Origin: Camelus dromedarius
Taxonomy: Eukaryota
Assembly: GCF_036321535.1 (NCBI RefSeq)
Contig: NC_087437.1
Location: 120,344,001 to 120,408,000 of the forward strand
Direction of reading: 5' to 3'
DNA: 64,000 bases
The notes beneath the pieces were generated by a model that was given only the letters and a program-made list of their open reading frames with translations, did no database searches and was not told the DNA's origin. Of the stretch, positions 36,287 to 49,770 are shown in pieces. Every line of letters begins with the position of its first letter. Position 1 is the stretch's first letter. The position numbers and the translations under genes were made by a program.

Positions 36287-39200
36287 ACATACAAGGAATA
36301 TTATTCAGCCTTAAAAAAGGAGATTCTGACACAGGCTACAGCATGGATGAATTTTGAAGACATTATGCTGAGTGAAATAAGCAGTTGCAAAAGGACAAGT
36401 GCTGTCTGATCCACTTACATGAGGTCCCTGGAGGAGTCAGACTCATAAAGACAGAAAGCAGGAGGGTGGGGGCCAGGGGCTGGGGGAAGGGGAGTAAGTG
36501 TTTAATGGGGACAGAGTTTCAATTTGGGAAGAAGGAAAAATCCTGGAGATGGACGTGGGTGGTGGCGTTTGTACAACAATGCAAATGGACTTAATGCCAC
36601 TGACCTGGATACTTTAAAATGGTTAAAGTGGTAAATTTTATGTTGTGGGTGTTTTACCATAATAAAAACAACGCAGGGGGCGCCAGTAGCCTGGGATGCA
36701 GGGTCCACCCTGGAGTCCAGAGCAGTTGCCTGGGCGGGAAGACCATCTCTGGGCGCCACAGTAAGTGCAGTGCAGAGGGCAGAGGGCAGAGGGCAGAGGG
36801 TGCAGTCACAGGCAGGGCTGTGCGGGGCCTTCCTCCACGTGGTTCCGCACGGGGCAGTGGTGTCCACCTGCGCCCAGCCTGGTCTGTGCCCAGGGTCAGA
36901 TGGCTCACTGGCTTTGAGCTGTGGCCTCGGCCACCTCTGTGGGGCCCCCTAGCCATGGCTACACGGAGCCTGAGGGAGATATCCCAAGTCCCGGCGTCAG
37001 CTGCTGGGACGTCCAGCACCACGCCAGACCCGCCCTGGGAGTCTCAGGAGTGTGAAAGTTCCCCAGACGGGCTACCCCCCAGGGGTCACCATTGACACAA
37101 GCCTGGCCTCCAGGAACAGCCCAGCCTCTTTGCGACACCCCTGGCACCCAGGGCAGAAAGAGCCAGCAGGAGGCCCAGTTCCCGCGTCCTAGGGCTCCCC
37201 TGGGGGTGGGGGCCTGAGCAGGGACCTCCCAGGAACAGCTGCTGTCCCGCTGTCACCCAGGCTCACAGACTAAACGCTGACAGCCCGTGGGAAAGTCACC
37301 TTCGAGGCCACTGGATTCAGTGCTTCCGTCCGTGTGGTGGATTTACACCTGCTGCCACGATAATGAACTTCACCAAAAGCGTGTATTGGGCCTTGAGCTA
37401 TTAGCCAACGACACTATGACAGGCATAATTTAAAGAAAAACACAGATGGCTGTCATGTGCCAGCAACTCGTGCTGATGATCCAAAGAGCTCGGTGGCTTC
37501 CAGACTGGAAGGCAAGGCCCTCTGAGAGGCAGGGTGGGGGCCTGGGTACGACCCTAGTATTTTTAGCTCCAGCTAGGGGACTGGGTGGGACAGAGGCCTT
37601 TCCTCAAAAAGGACCCAGGAAGGGACTGGGGATAAATGGCCAGCCACCCACAGAGGGCCTGGAAGGGCCAGCTGAGCGTCTGGAAGGGGCTGCGGTCCAA
37701 TACAAGGCACTCCTCTTGGTGGCCATGTGCTCCCCCTGAGGTCAGGCTGCCCCGAGGGCGGCTCTGGACATGGCCAGGCATGCTGCGGCAGCGGTGGACA
37801 CATGCCACCAGCCAGGACTGAGCAGGGCGGGCCTGCCGAGACAGGCAGCCGGAGCCGTCTCGCCCACCCACTGAGCCGCAGGAATGCACTGGGGGGTTCG
37901 GCCCAGGGCCTCTCCCCACTCCCAGCATCTGGGACCCCGCCCGCGGGGCGCCAACGGGGCCTGTGGGGCCCTAAGAGACCCCGACCCCTCCTGGGGTCTG
38001 TGCCGACCAGGGGAAGGGAGGGTCTACGTCCTGCCTCCTTGCTTTTCTGAGTTTTCAGGGAAAACAACCAATTAAGAGTAACAGCAATTTCACTCCAAAT
38101 TAATTACTTTTCCCAAAACTGGCTTTGCTTGGTAGCTCTCAACCCGGGGCCCGCTGTGGGCTTGTCCAGAGGGGTGTGTTTGGGTCAGAGATCAGCTTCT
38201 GGACACCCACCCTCAGCTCTGCCAACCCTGACGTCCCAAGAGCTCGGGCCTGTCCCCTTCCCGCCCTGCTGTGCTCACACGCGCGCGCACACACCCCCGT
38301 GTACAGCGGTGGCAGGGGCCCGGGTCCCAGCAGTGCTTTTCCTCGCAAGAGGCTCCTGCGGCAACAGGAAGGTCCCACCACCTCCCCCAAGACCTTGGGG
38401 GTCTCGTTCACAGCGCACCTGCCACCGGGACCCGCCAACCTCCCAGTGCCAGCCAAGGCCCAGAGTGGGAAGACCCTTCCCCAAGTCCTCGCCACCACTG
38501 GAGTGGGCCTGGTGGGCATGGTCAGCCTGAGCCCCGTGCCCTGTGGGGCTGCGGGACGCATGGGTTTGGTGCAGGACGGGGACAGCCTGGGAGCCCTCAG
38601 GCAGTTCCAGGGTCCCCACCCCAGGCGACTCGCCCGACCCCACAGGCCTGGACATCGGTGCACCCAGCCCACGGCTCCCTGGCACCCACTCCGCCCTCTG
38701 AGCCCCCATCCAAGGGCGTGCAGAGAGCCAGGCCGGCCCTGCCCACTGAGCAAAGGACAGTCCTCACAGCTGCTCCCGAGTAGGGGCTACAGCGTCCTGC
38801 CCCACCCTTCAGCCGGGCACCACTCGGGACGATGCTTTGGAGGTTACCTGCTGTCTCTACAAAAGTGACCACGGGCACACCAGCACTGGGCACATGTGGT
38901 TGGCGGTGGAGCGGGAATGGTCACCAGCAGGACACGCGTTCCACCACATTCCCGCCTTCCCCTGCACTGGGCCAGGGTGGGCAGGGCTGTGGGATGTGAG
39001 TGGGGGCCAGGGTCCAGAAGGGTTCAGCCGCTGTCTGGGGGACAGGGTAGGAGGTGGGGGTGGGGGTGCAGGGGGTGGGCAGGCTGCGCCACCCCCCTGC
39101 AGGCAGCATCCCTCGCAGCAGAGGGTCCAGTCTCTGGGACAAGGAATGGCGGGGAGGGGGAGGAAGGGGGAGCACCCTGGAGGACCCACCATGGGTCTGT

Positions 39201-42200
39201 GACCTTGGGGGGCGTAGGTGCTGCACCGCCATCTCTTCTGTTGAACTGTCATTTGGTGCCTGGGTCAAAGGCCAAAGGCACAGGTCAAGGGCCAAGAGCA
39301 CAGCCTGGACGAGGATACGGCCAGGCACCCACCGCCCAGGCCCACAGCCCCCTGTGGGGTCAGAACTGGGAAGCCTGGGCGGCGGCACAGGGTGCGACTC
39401 CTGGAGGGGAAGGAGAGGGGCAAAGTCTGCCTTTACCCTCTGACGAGAAGGGGCCTCGGAAATGGGGGCCACGCCGCCCCCACCCAGAGGGAGGGTCTGG
39501 GTGCAGGAAGAGCCCCGGGCATTAAAGGGCTGGGGGAGCCAGGGCTTCCTCTGACCCCGTGAGTCACTCCCAGACCCGCAGCTCTGCAGCCCGAGAGCAG
39601 CCTGGCTCAGACGGTGTGTACAGGCGAGGAAGCTGCCAGAACGTGGGGACATCCCCGTAGTGGGAGTGAGAACAGCAGACCAGGGCCTCGGGACGGAGTG
39701 GGGAGGGAGGGAGGGGGAGGCTGGCCTGGAGGGTCTGCCGTCCCATCGGCCAGCTCGGACCCCGAGAGCAGCCAGGCCAGGCGCAGCTCACGTCGCCTGC
39801 GCATGCAGAGGAGGAAGGTGTGCCCCTCGGCTGCAGCGGGCGCGGACCTGGAGCTGCCTGTGCACGCGGGCCGCCCATGCATGGGGCTCGCACAGGCAGG
39901 ACACTCAGGGTCCCCCCCGGCCCCCACTGGAAGGGGATACAGGTCCCAGCCTCTCTCTGCATCTGGCCCGTTTATTCCTCGGGCCGGACCCGGTTCCGGT
40001 GGGAGAGGGCTCAGCGGCTGGCGCACCTCTGTCCACTGCTCAGGGGTGGTGTCCCCTGGGGCCGCATCACCAGAGCCTTCCTGGGACAAACACCCACCCA
40101 GCTGGCTCACACCCCCAACCCCTTGGGTGCTCCTGGGGCAGGGTGGGGTGGGGGTAACAAGATGATTCCAGAACCTTCCGAGGGTGGGATCCTGGAACCA
40201 AGATCCTTTCAAAGAGCAGGAAAACCTTGGCCGGAGGGTGGGGCTTTCCTTCTGTTTCCAGAGCCCTGCCGGCCAGGCCAGCAGCCGGCACTCATTTGGA
40301 TCTTCAGAGGGACCAGGAGCTGCCCGGCTCCTCCTGCTCTCGGGCCCAAGTATGAGAGTCGGACTTCTGCTCCTGGACAACCACAACCGGACAGCCACTC
40401 TCGACCCCAAAGCTTTCAGGGGACAAGAAATTATGGACGTATCTCAGGAGTCAGTGACACAGGATGCTGACTGGCAGGGACCCTCAGGTGGCCCCCACCC
40501 TGGTCCGTCCACCTGTGGCCTGCCCATCTGCTGGCCCCACCCCCGTGCCATCTCCAGACCCAGCAGATCATGGGGCTTAAATGCCTCATTGCCCAAAGCC
40601 TCCAGAGCTTTCCAGGTGCCTGTCTCACCCCCAGAGTGCCATCAGCTGCGTGCAGTGTCAGCCCTGTTTCGCAGGCGGCCCTCCCCCTAAATGGCTGTTT
40701 CACAGCAGTTTGGCTAAATCTCAAGAACAGCTCTGGGGACAGGGCCCCATGGACACAACCAGAGCTAGGGGGCTGGGCCGGAGGGGGGCACCCCCCCACA
40801 GCAGCCCCTCCACGTAGCGGGGGCAGGCCTCACTCCAATGAAAGACTCAGGGACCCTTGGGGATGTGTGTTGGTGGCCAGCAGCCTCGTTTTGGGGAGAC
40901 GGTTAGCTGTGTTTTTGCCGGAGTGGTTTTCAAATCAATGGCACATCTCCTGCGGTGGAGGGGGCCAGACATAGTGAACCCGGGTCTCTGCAAACTGGCC
41001 GTCCCTCTCAGCAGGAATGTGGGCTGAGCAAGGCCAGTGTTCTTCCGTCCTTCCTGGAAGACACCTGCCTGGGGGATGGGGAGCTTCCCCTGCACCCCAA
41101 CGAGCATCTGGGATCCCTGAAGCCCCACACCCATCCCCCGGCAACCAAGCAGGACTGTGCTGTCATCAGGGACCATGTGGTGGGTCTCCCAGCCCAGCAG
41201 GACTGTGCTCCGGTGGGGTGACCAAGAGCTCCGGGGCCGGAAACCAGCAGCACCAGAGGGAGGGGCCCGGGCCCATGTCTCTCCAGCCCAGGGAGGCGGT
41301 GAGCCTGGGAACCAACCAGCCCAGCACAAGCCTGCACTTCTGCACACACATGCAGCGGGGCTCAAAGGGCTGCAAAGATGACTCGAGCCGGCTCACAGCA
41401 CTCCCCCGGCCCTGCTCTGAATGGCAGGCGTGGTGTTGGGGCTCCCCCTCAAAGGCTGTGGCCGTGAGGATCCTTCACCAGCTCCCAGGAGTGGAGAAAG
41501 ACCCGTGTCTCAACAGATATGGTCCAGCACACGGAACCCCGGGCTCGGGGGGGCCGCCCCTGAGCCTCCTCCCCGACCAGCACCCCACAGAGAGCAGCCC
41601 CATCTTCAGGAGACCTGTGGGGACAGAAAGCGTCACTGAGAGACCCTCTGATCCGCAAGGGGCCCTTCGTATGTTCGGTCTGCAAACTGCCTCGGTGGGT
41701 GGCGTGTCCAGGCTGGGGGCCAGGACCCCTGCAGCAGGGCGGACTCGGCTGCTGACTGTGCCGGGCATCCAGCCCACAGGAGAAGCGAGCGTTCAGCCGG
41801 GAATCCGGGTCCTGGGATGGCTGCAACAAAGCACCACAATGGGGAGTTTTCTCTCAGTCTGGAGGCGGAGGCGGAGGCGGGAGCCTGAGACCCTTCAGCA
41901 GCCGGGCCTGCGTCAGGCCCTTCCTTCCACTGGCGCAGGAGAGCATCACACCTCCTTTCAGCTGGAAAAGCTGTGCTCCGAGGAGCCGGGGCGCCAGCTC
42001 TGGGAGGGTCACGTCCCCCTCCCGCTGGACTGCAGCCTCCTAAGCAAGCGCAGGAGGCTGGGGAGGAGCGGCCAGGGACCAGCCAGATGAGGCTTTGAAT
42101 CCACTTACGGGTCCCGAGACCCTGAGCTCCCGTGGAAGGTGCGTACAGCTGGGCACAGGTGGACAGGAGGCCAAGCGGGCCTGGGCCGAGGAGCCCGCAG

Positions 42201-42369
42201 CCCAGCGTGGGGGCATCCTCACAGCCCCACTGCTGACGGTCCTTTCCTCGGGATTTGCACTCTTTGAAATAGCACTGCACTGAATTTCTGGAAATTTGAC
42301 ATATATTCGTATCTCCTGAGAGCACGCAGTGTATGTCTTTCTTGTTAGTGTTTTGTGTGTTCACATCCT

Positions 42370-44020
42370 AAACAACTTGACTGAGGTATGACTGGCGCAC
42401 AGGAACGTGCACACGTGTAAAGTGGACGATCTGATGTAAACCCAGCACCACGATCAAGGGAGCAGCATCCCGGCGCCCCTGCCGTCTCCAGGCAACCACC
42501 GATTCGCGCGCTGTCACTGCGGTAAGTCTGCATCTTCCGGGAGGTGCAGGTGGAATCCTACGGCCAGGCTCTGCTCTGCCTGGCTTCTCACCTGCTGCCG
42601 GGAGGTGCACTTGTGCTGCCGAGTCGTCCTCCACGCACAGGGCGTCTGCAGGGTTCTCTCCACTCCCCGCCAGGGGACGTGTGTTTTGTTCCCACTTCGG
42701 GGCTGTTACAGACAGAGCTGCAGTGAGTACTCGTGCACACGTCCTTGCAGGGGTGAAGGCCTCCATTCCTCCAGGAGTGGAACGGCTGGGTCCTACGGTT
42801 GACGTGCGTTTAACTTTTGAAGAAACTTCCAGACTGTTTTCTAAAGTGGTGGCACCCAGTCACACTCTCCCCAGCAAGGAATGAGAGTTCCCATTCATCC
42901 CCAGCCTCCGGGGCCTTGGGATGTTCCCTCTTTCAAATTCTAGACTTCCTAATTAGAGCACAGTGGCCTCTGGTTGGGTTTTAGCCTGGATCTCCCCGAT
43001 GACCAGTGGCGCGGAACTTGTGTGTCTGCCGTCGCGAGTTCCTCGGGGAAGCGCACACTCACGTTTCCTGCCTGTTTGTTGAGTCGGGTGGTTTTCCTCC
43101 TGGGGGGTTCAGGGGGTTCTGGATTCAAACTCTTTACTGGACATACGCTCTGCAAAGCTTCCCGCAGGCTGCAGCTCATCTCCCCAGCTCGTAGCAGGGC
43201 CTTTGGGAGAGCGAAGTTCCTCATGCTCCTCAAGTCCAACTTACCCGTTTTCTTTTATGACTCATTTTGGGTTCTATCTAAGAAACCTTCTCCTAACTCA
43301 AGGTTACAAAGAATTTCTCCTATGTTTTCTTCCAGAAATTTTATTTCTAGATTATATCCTTGGGTCTATGATTTTGAGCCAATGTTTAGTATACGGTGAG
43401 ACAGAAGGATCCGAGTCCCATTTCTGTGCCCACAGACACCTGTTATGCTGCGCCATTTGCTGAAAAGACTACCTTCTCTTTCCTGAACTGTCTGTCCCTT
43501 GTTGAAAATTGTCCACATACGTGTGGACCATCCATTCTGTTCCATTCATGTATTTGTCCATCGCGATGTCAACACCACACTGTCCTGATTGTGGTCACTT
43601 TGCAGTAAATCTTGAAACTAGGCTCTCTATGTCCTCCAAATGTGTTCTTTATCAGATTTATGCCGGCTTTCTAAGTCCTATACATCTCCCTTGGAAACTG
43701 GGAATCAGCATCAGCCAAGAGCCTGAGGGGACCTGGACTGGGATCGCTCTGAAGGAGTCCATCAACTTGGGAGAACGGACATTTTAATATCACTGCATCT
43801 CCCAGTGCATGAACACAGTACCTCTCTCCACTTACGTAATTCAAGGCAATACTTGGTAATTTTCAGTCAGGACGTGCACCTTGTTTTGTAAGCCATATCC
43901 CTAAAGAGTTCACATATTTGGTGGTATTTTTCATTTAATTTTGAATTGCTCGTTGCTCATAAGTAGAGCATCGTCTATTCCTGCACAACAATCTTGTGTT
44001 AAGCTTGCTGCATTCACCAC
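42370..44020 (-). mobile_element. Old L1 (3' end through ORF2 C-terminal region), antisense
   Basis: ttgactgaggtatgactgg...; taacttttgaagaaacttccagactgttttctaaagtgg; tatctaagaaaccttctcctaactcaaggttacaaagaatttctcctatgttttcttcc. Confidence 0.88.
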
Positions 44021-46270
44021 CCTCCTGACGGGGCCACAAGGGAGCCTTGGGACGAGGAGGGGCCTCAGGCCCAGGCTTCCTGAGAACCCAGCCCCCACCC
44101 ACAAACCCCACCCGAGACCCTGGGTGGTCCTGGCAAGCTCCCCCTCCTGCCATAGGGGCTCCTGCAGGGACAGGTGCTGCTGGCTTTGAGAGTGATGGGC
44201 CGGGGGAGGGGAGCTGGAATGCCCTGAATCTAAGGAGGTCATGGCCCTGACCCCCACCCACCAGGGCTCCAGAGACGCCCCACTCCCCCAGAAGCTGTCT
44301 TCTCCACAAGCGTTTTTACTTCTGCGGCCAAACCCTGACACTCGGGGTCGTGTCCTGTGCCCCCTCCCCATCCAAATCCAAGGGGCGGCGGGGGTCCCGC
44401 CCAGCTTGAAGAGCTTCCTGACGCCCTGAGGGCACATTTCAGCCAGTGCAGCAGGGAGATGAGGTGCTGTCCCAGAAACGCCCTTAAAAGGCTGAGGAGG
44501 GCAGGCGGGGGCTGCAGGGGCTTCTGGGCACCGAACAGGGCTGCCCAGGAGCAGCTGCTCTGGTCACTGTGGCAACAGCCGCTCCTGTCCATTTATAACT
44601 CCCAGCTGGGAGCTCCCAGCTCAGATGGCTGATGGCCCTAGTGAGAGCCTGGCCCCACCCTCCCATTCCTGGGGAAGGAGGAAGGCAGGTCTGCGTGTTC
44701 CTGGACTGGTTTTCCAATCAGAGAATAGCCACCTGCACAGGCCACTGGTCACACTCCTCGACCACCAAGGCTAACCCAGAGCCTGGGAAGGTCACTGGCC
44801 CTTCCCGTCACTGACCACCTGCTTACTGAGAGATGGGGCAGCAGTGCTCCAAACCTGCACCGTCCTGGAGTCCCCTCCAGCCCTACTGGCTCCCGGTACG
44901 TCCCCAGGCACCTGGTTCTCTGCTGCCTCAGGGCCTTTGCACTTGCTACGCCTGCCTGTCCTGCTGGCACCCCACCTTACTGACTGCCTGTGCCCTTCAG
45001 ATCCTTCCCCGGGCAGCAGGGTCTTATGGAGTGAGCCATCCACTTGCTATCTCCTCCTCATCCCAGTCTGCTGTGTCCCGCCAGGTCCCCAGCGTCCACC
45101 AGGGTGCAGGGCAGTGAAAGGATGAGGGGTGAGAAGGAGGCAGCTGAGACAGGGAGGCTTGCTGGAAAGTGAGGCCCGCGGAGAAGGAAAGTCAGGAGTC
45201 CTGCCTGGCACGGCTGCCACACGGGGTAGGGGGGGCTCCCCCGACCCGGCTCCCCCTCCTGCACAGACTGCACTGTGTCCTCAGACCCCACCTCTCACCG
45301 AGTCTAGTTCTCTCCTGTCTAGGCCGCAAGCAGGTGGAAACCCGCAGCTGCCAGGCTCCCCTCGCCCAGCCCTGGGGCCCCTAGACAGTTGGGAAGGACC
45401 CTGAGGTCTCAGCACGCCCCATCCGGCCCCACAGGGCGTGGTGCTCAGGGCCATCAGCACCCACACTGCCCTCCTGGGCGAGAAGCCTTGGGGTGCGGCC
45501 CCCTTCTTGCTGCCCCAGGGCCCCGGGAGCCAGACTCAGGATGCAGCTTGGCCAGATCTCACCGTGGAAGACAGGCCCACTGGGCTGCGGTCCCGCCCCA
45601 GGTCCCAGCCAGAGTCCTCGTTCTGACCCCACCCAGCCTTCCTGAGTGGGGACTGGCTATTGATCTGAGGCCGGGCCGGAATCTGAATCTGATCCTTCTG
45701 AGACCAACAGATCAACAAAGCTTCGTGGACTGACGTCTTCTGGAAGGCCCCCGCATCTCCCCTGGGCCAGTTCCAGGAAGCCTGGTTCCGGGCAGCCCAG
45801 CCTCCATCCTGGGCTGGAGTAGCCGGAAGCTGGCCCTGGGCTGCGCGCTGGGATGGTGGTGGCGGAGGGCACAACTGGCACCTGTCCACCCCAGACCCCA
45901 CCCCTCCCCACTGTCCCCCGCTCTACAGGCTGCAGCCCAGCCTCCCAGGTTTGGTTCCAGCATCAGATCTGGGCTCCCTGGGGCCCAGTGCGTTTCCTTA
46001 AGAAACTTCCTCAGGAAGCACGGCTGGCCCCCCATCTCCTGTGTTCCCAGAACTGGCAAGGAGCTCAGAGGGCAGCCGGCCTCCAAGGGGGGCTCATGAC
46101 TGACCTCAACCCTGGGCAAGCCCCAGCCCCCTACCAGTCTCCCCTCGCCTCCTGGGCCGGCCAAGGCCTCAGAGGACAGCTCCCCCAGTGTCCTTTCCTC
46201 AGTCCCAGAACTTCCAGGGAGAGCGGCCAGGAGCTGGCAGAACATGTGATCCCGCCACTCACCGCCGGCG

Positions 46271-46312
46271 GCCCCTCTGCCCCTCTGCCCCTCTGCCCCT
46301 CTGCCCCTCTGC
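46271..46312. repeat. 8-bp tandem repeat (gcccctct)x5
   Basis: Read directly. Other short tandems: (gcagagg)x4 at ~36772-36800, (gagacagac)x3 at 51722-51748, and a 16-mer x2 at ~4155-4188. Confidence 0.9.
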
Positions 46313-46579
46313 CACAGAGGCCGAGGCGGTGACCAGGGAGAGGGGCAGCCTTCGGGTGCTAGGCTGGGCGAGCACTAGCGCTAACTTGGCGCGCACACCC
46401 TGTCCCCACAGGACCGGCACAGTCTCTGGACACATCTTTTCAAGGCCCTGAGCTTCAGTCTCCCCACCCGGGAACCTGGCTGATAACAGCTGTACCTCCA
46501 GGAAACATGAGAGAGAGAAACAGAAAAACAAAACAAGAACACGGTATTACAGATCAGGTGGTGTCCAGAGCTCCCAGGA

Positions 46580-46830
46580 CTGAAACGGGCTCTGTCGTGT
46601 CCCCCGGACTCCTACGCTGGAGTCCTGGCCCCCAGCAGGTCGGAACGTGCCTGTGTTGGAGACGGCATCTTCGCAGAGGAGACTAAGGTTAAATGAGGTG
46701 ACGAGGGTGGGCCCTAATCCCATAGAACCGGTGTCCTTATTAAGAGGAGATCAGGACACAGGCATGCCCTGGGACAATCACGCGAGGACATGGTGCAGCC
46801 ATCAACATGCCCAGGGGAGAGGCCTCAGGA
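46580..46830 (+). mobile_element. MaLR MLT1A/B-like LTR fragment
   Basis: taaggttaaatgaggtgacgagggtgggccctaatcccatagaaccggtgtccttattaagaggaga...ccaggggagaggcctcagga. Confidence 0.8.
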
Positions 46831-49475
46831 GCGTGGACACAGGAAAAGGGAAGGGGGGCTCCCAGGTCCTACACTGAGCATCGCGGTGGCAACCGTGCCT
46901 ATGACTGATGTCCCCCTCCCGGCACCCCTCAGCAGGCGTGCTGGGGCACAGCGATTCAACACCTGCTGGCTCCGCGGGGCTGCTGTGTCCAGTGCTTGAA
47001 CCCGCTGCCCTGCCAGGCTGCCCAAGCTTGGGGAGTGCCCGGCCCTGCGGAGCATGCAGGCAGATGGTGGGGACCCACCCGAGGGGGCCGGCAGCCTGCT
47101 CAAGCCTCTTTCTCTTCTTCCCCACCCCAACACCTTCTGTAGGAGCAAAGCCCCCGAAGGCCCCCCCGGCACCCCGCCGCGCTGGCCCCACCAGGGCGGC
47201 TTTCAAAGTCCCCGGTGCGGCCAAGCGTGGGCTGCGCGGCTCCCGCACAAGCCTCTCGGGGCAGCGTCCTGCCTCGTTTCCCAGCAAAACCAGGAATACC
47301 CCCTCGTCCCCCAGACAACCGTCCACCTGTGTGCTTCCTGGAGGAGGGTTCAGTTGGGGTTTGGACGGAAAACCTGCAAAAGGTAGGAGGCTGGTAGTGA
47401 CAGCGGTCCAAGGGGTGGGGGACAGGGCCCCAAGTCCCACTGGACAGCTGGAGCCACATTCAGAGAGGGCTCCAAGGGGGGCCCCTCCAAGCTGGAACTG
47501 GACCTTCCGTGGGCTTCCAGTTCACACACGCATGCGCACACACACCCTGCTCAGCACCAGATGCCTCCCCCAGAACCAGGGCCAGAGCCTGGGAGCAGGG
47601 CCCTCAGCCCACCCAGGACTCTGCTCCCCACCACACTCCTCCCCAGCCCCTTTCAGACTGCCCAGGCCTTGGGCCTCGAGCACAACCAAGCAGCCCTGGG
47701 GCCTCTCCGTCAGCCTCCTCCAGCTCAGAGGCCCGTCCCTGGCCTGCACGGCCGGGCAGCTCTGAATCAGGGACACGGACGCGGGCCCTGAAATGTTGCA
47801 ACAGCCCGTTGGCGCCAGCTCAGATGGGTCTGTCGTCCCAGAGGTGAAACCAGGCGCCGAGACCAAGTGATGGTTATGAGACACATTTCCCCAGGGAGCA
47901 CCTGCAGTCAGATTCTAGTAACCAGCCTTCTAGGAAGAGCAGGCCTCGCTGACGCTGGTGTCCGGGATGGGGATGGGGGCCAGTCTCCAGGAAAGGCAGA
48001 GTTCAGGGAGAAGCTGCTGGCGGGCAGTGCGAGGCGGGAGCATGCCGCCGCCGGGGAGCCGGCCTGCCTCGGGGCTCGCGCTCAGACAGCGCCCCTCTCC
48101 TCCCGGAGCACTGACCTTCACAGCAGCGCGCTCTGCTCGCTGGCTCTGGAAGGCCTGAGGGCCAAGGCCCGTGTCCACCCCTGGCTGGACGCCCACACAG
48201 TGCCCGGGCCAGGCTGCGGGTCCCTTCTCACCCAGCTGTATCGGCAGGAAGAGTGCGCCAAGGAGATTTTTCCCAAGAAAGAACACCCTCGTACGCCTGC
48301 CCCTGTCACCCCTGCCATGCAGACCCTGTCAGAGGGTTCGGGCCACCAGAGAGGCACAGGGTGGGGGAGCCAGTCCCGGGCAGCCTTTGGTTTCTGGAGA
48401 GTACTCTGTGGCAGGCGACCTCCTTTTCCTTGCCTGCCCCCCAGGAGTGACATGGCCATTCTTCTGTGGCGTGAGCCACCCCACCGCACGGCCACCCCTC
48501 AGGCCTGATAATTAGCCCCACAATTGAGTCTCACCCGAGAAGCTGCTGGCCCCCCGCCTACAGCGAACCTCGGACACTCTAAAAGGCAGGAGGAAAGCCG
48601 GGCCCCGGCATGAGGGGCCCAGACACTGAGCCCCACATACACGTCCTCGTTTCCCCGACTTCCCTCTGGGTGGCCTCCCTCCAGAACTTTCCATCCGAGG
48701 GTAAGTGGCCTTCACTGGAGTCCAGCACCGTTTACTGGATGCGATGATTACTCTGTCCAGACGCTGGGACCCAAAGACCACAGCCCGATGGGGAGACAAG
48801 ACACAAAAACTTTGTGGTCACGCTGGGCCCCGGCTGGCCTGCTAAGGCCTTGGGGTCACCCTGCAGCTCCCACTTCCTTCCAAACAACACCCTGGGGGAC
48901 CCCACCCCCGCCCAGAATCCACACTTCCCACGTGACCCCGCCCTCTGCCTCCTCTGCAGAGCTGTGCGTCCTGGCGTCCAGCTCAGGCAGCCTCGCGTCT
49001 GTGCTCCTTCAGAACCCCCAGTTCCTCCTCTTATGCCAGGGAGCCGCCATCCAACGGTATGCCCAATCCCACTCTTCTCAGAAATGTAACCCCGGACACG
49101 GCACCTAACCTCTCAAAACCTCAGTTTCCTCACCTGTAGAAGGGTAACCGACGGCTCCAGTTTTCACCCAGAAGGTCTGGGGAGGCTCCCAGGACACGGC
49201 TCAGAGGAGGCCCTGGCGTGTGGTGACGTGCTGAGCTCCTGGAGGACGTCTGATGATTGACCCAGGGTCTGACCCTGACTCGACCCCAGTCTGCAGGGTC
49301 TCGCCCAGGGCCAGAGGCCTGATGTCGAGTTGTCACATGCGAGGATGCCCAGCATTTGGGGAGCCCCCAGGGAGGAGGGGACGCAGACAGCGGGTCTCTG
49401 AGAATGGCTTCCCGGCTGTGCACCCGCTGTCCTGCCGCATTCCTAGTGTGAGTGAACGCACCGAGCAAATGGGAA

Positions 49476-49770
49476 TGATACTGACCCAGGCCCTTGGACG
49501 CTTAAATCAAAAGAAATTGACTAGAGGCCACATGAGAATTCCAGGCAAGGCTTTACTGGGGATCGTGCCTGCATCCTGAGGGGGCGAGCTGATCACCGAA
49601 ACGGGGTGGGGACCATGCCCAGTGCCCTGCTTTTGCTCCCAGCACCTCAGGAGTGGCAGCTGGCTTGTGGCCTCTTGGTATCTTATTGTGTATAATTTGC
49701 CCTAACGGCACGTGCTTGCAGTTATCTTCAGTCCCTTATAGTTTGTGCTCCGTTGCTGGAGGACACGGCA
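49476..49770 (-). mobile_element. Probable ERV1 LTR fragment
   Basis: TGatactgacccagg...gaattccaggcaaggctttactgggg (antisense AGTAAA) ...ccctgcttttgctccc...gtatcttattgtgtataatttgccc; antisense LTR-like composition. Confidence 0.55.

Larger units (their letters stand above)
35410..36668 (+). mobile_element. Fragmented L1MB-like element (ORF2 35525-35833; 3' end 35915-35943 and 36287-36668) carrying nested insertions
   Basis: aaaggcacccaaattggaaaagaagtcaaattatctctgtt; aaaatacttaggaataaatttaaccaagga; ggaatattattcagccttaaaaaagga...aaaatggttaaagtggtaaattttatgttg. Confidence 0.88.

Noticed and set aside
41017..42090. 357-aa ORF, and the many other 100-290 aa ORFs
   Set aside because: Overlapping ORFs in all six frames with low-complexity P/G/R/A/S content and no family resemblance; expected by chance at this GC content in a eukaryotic intergenic region.
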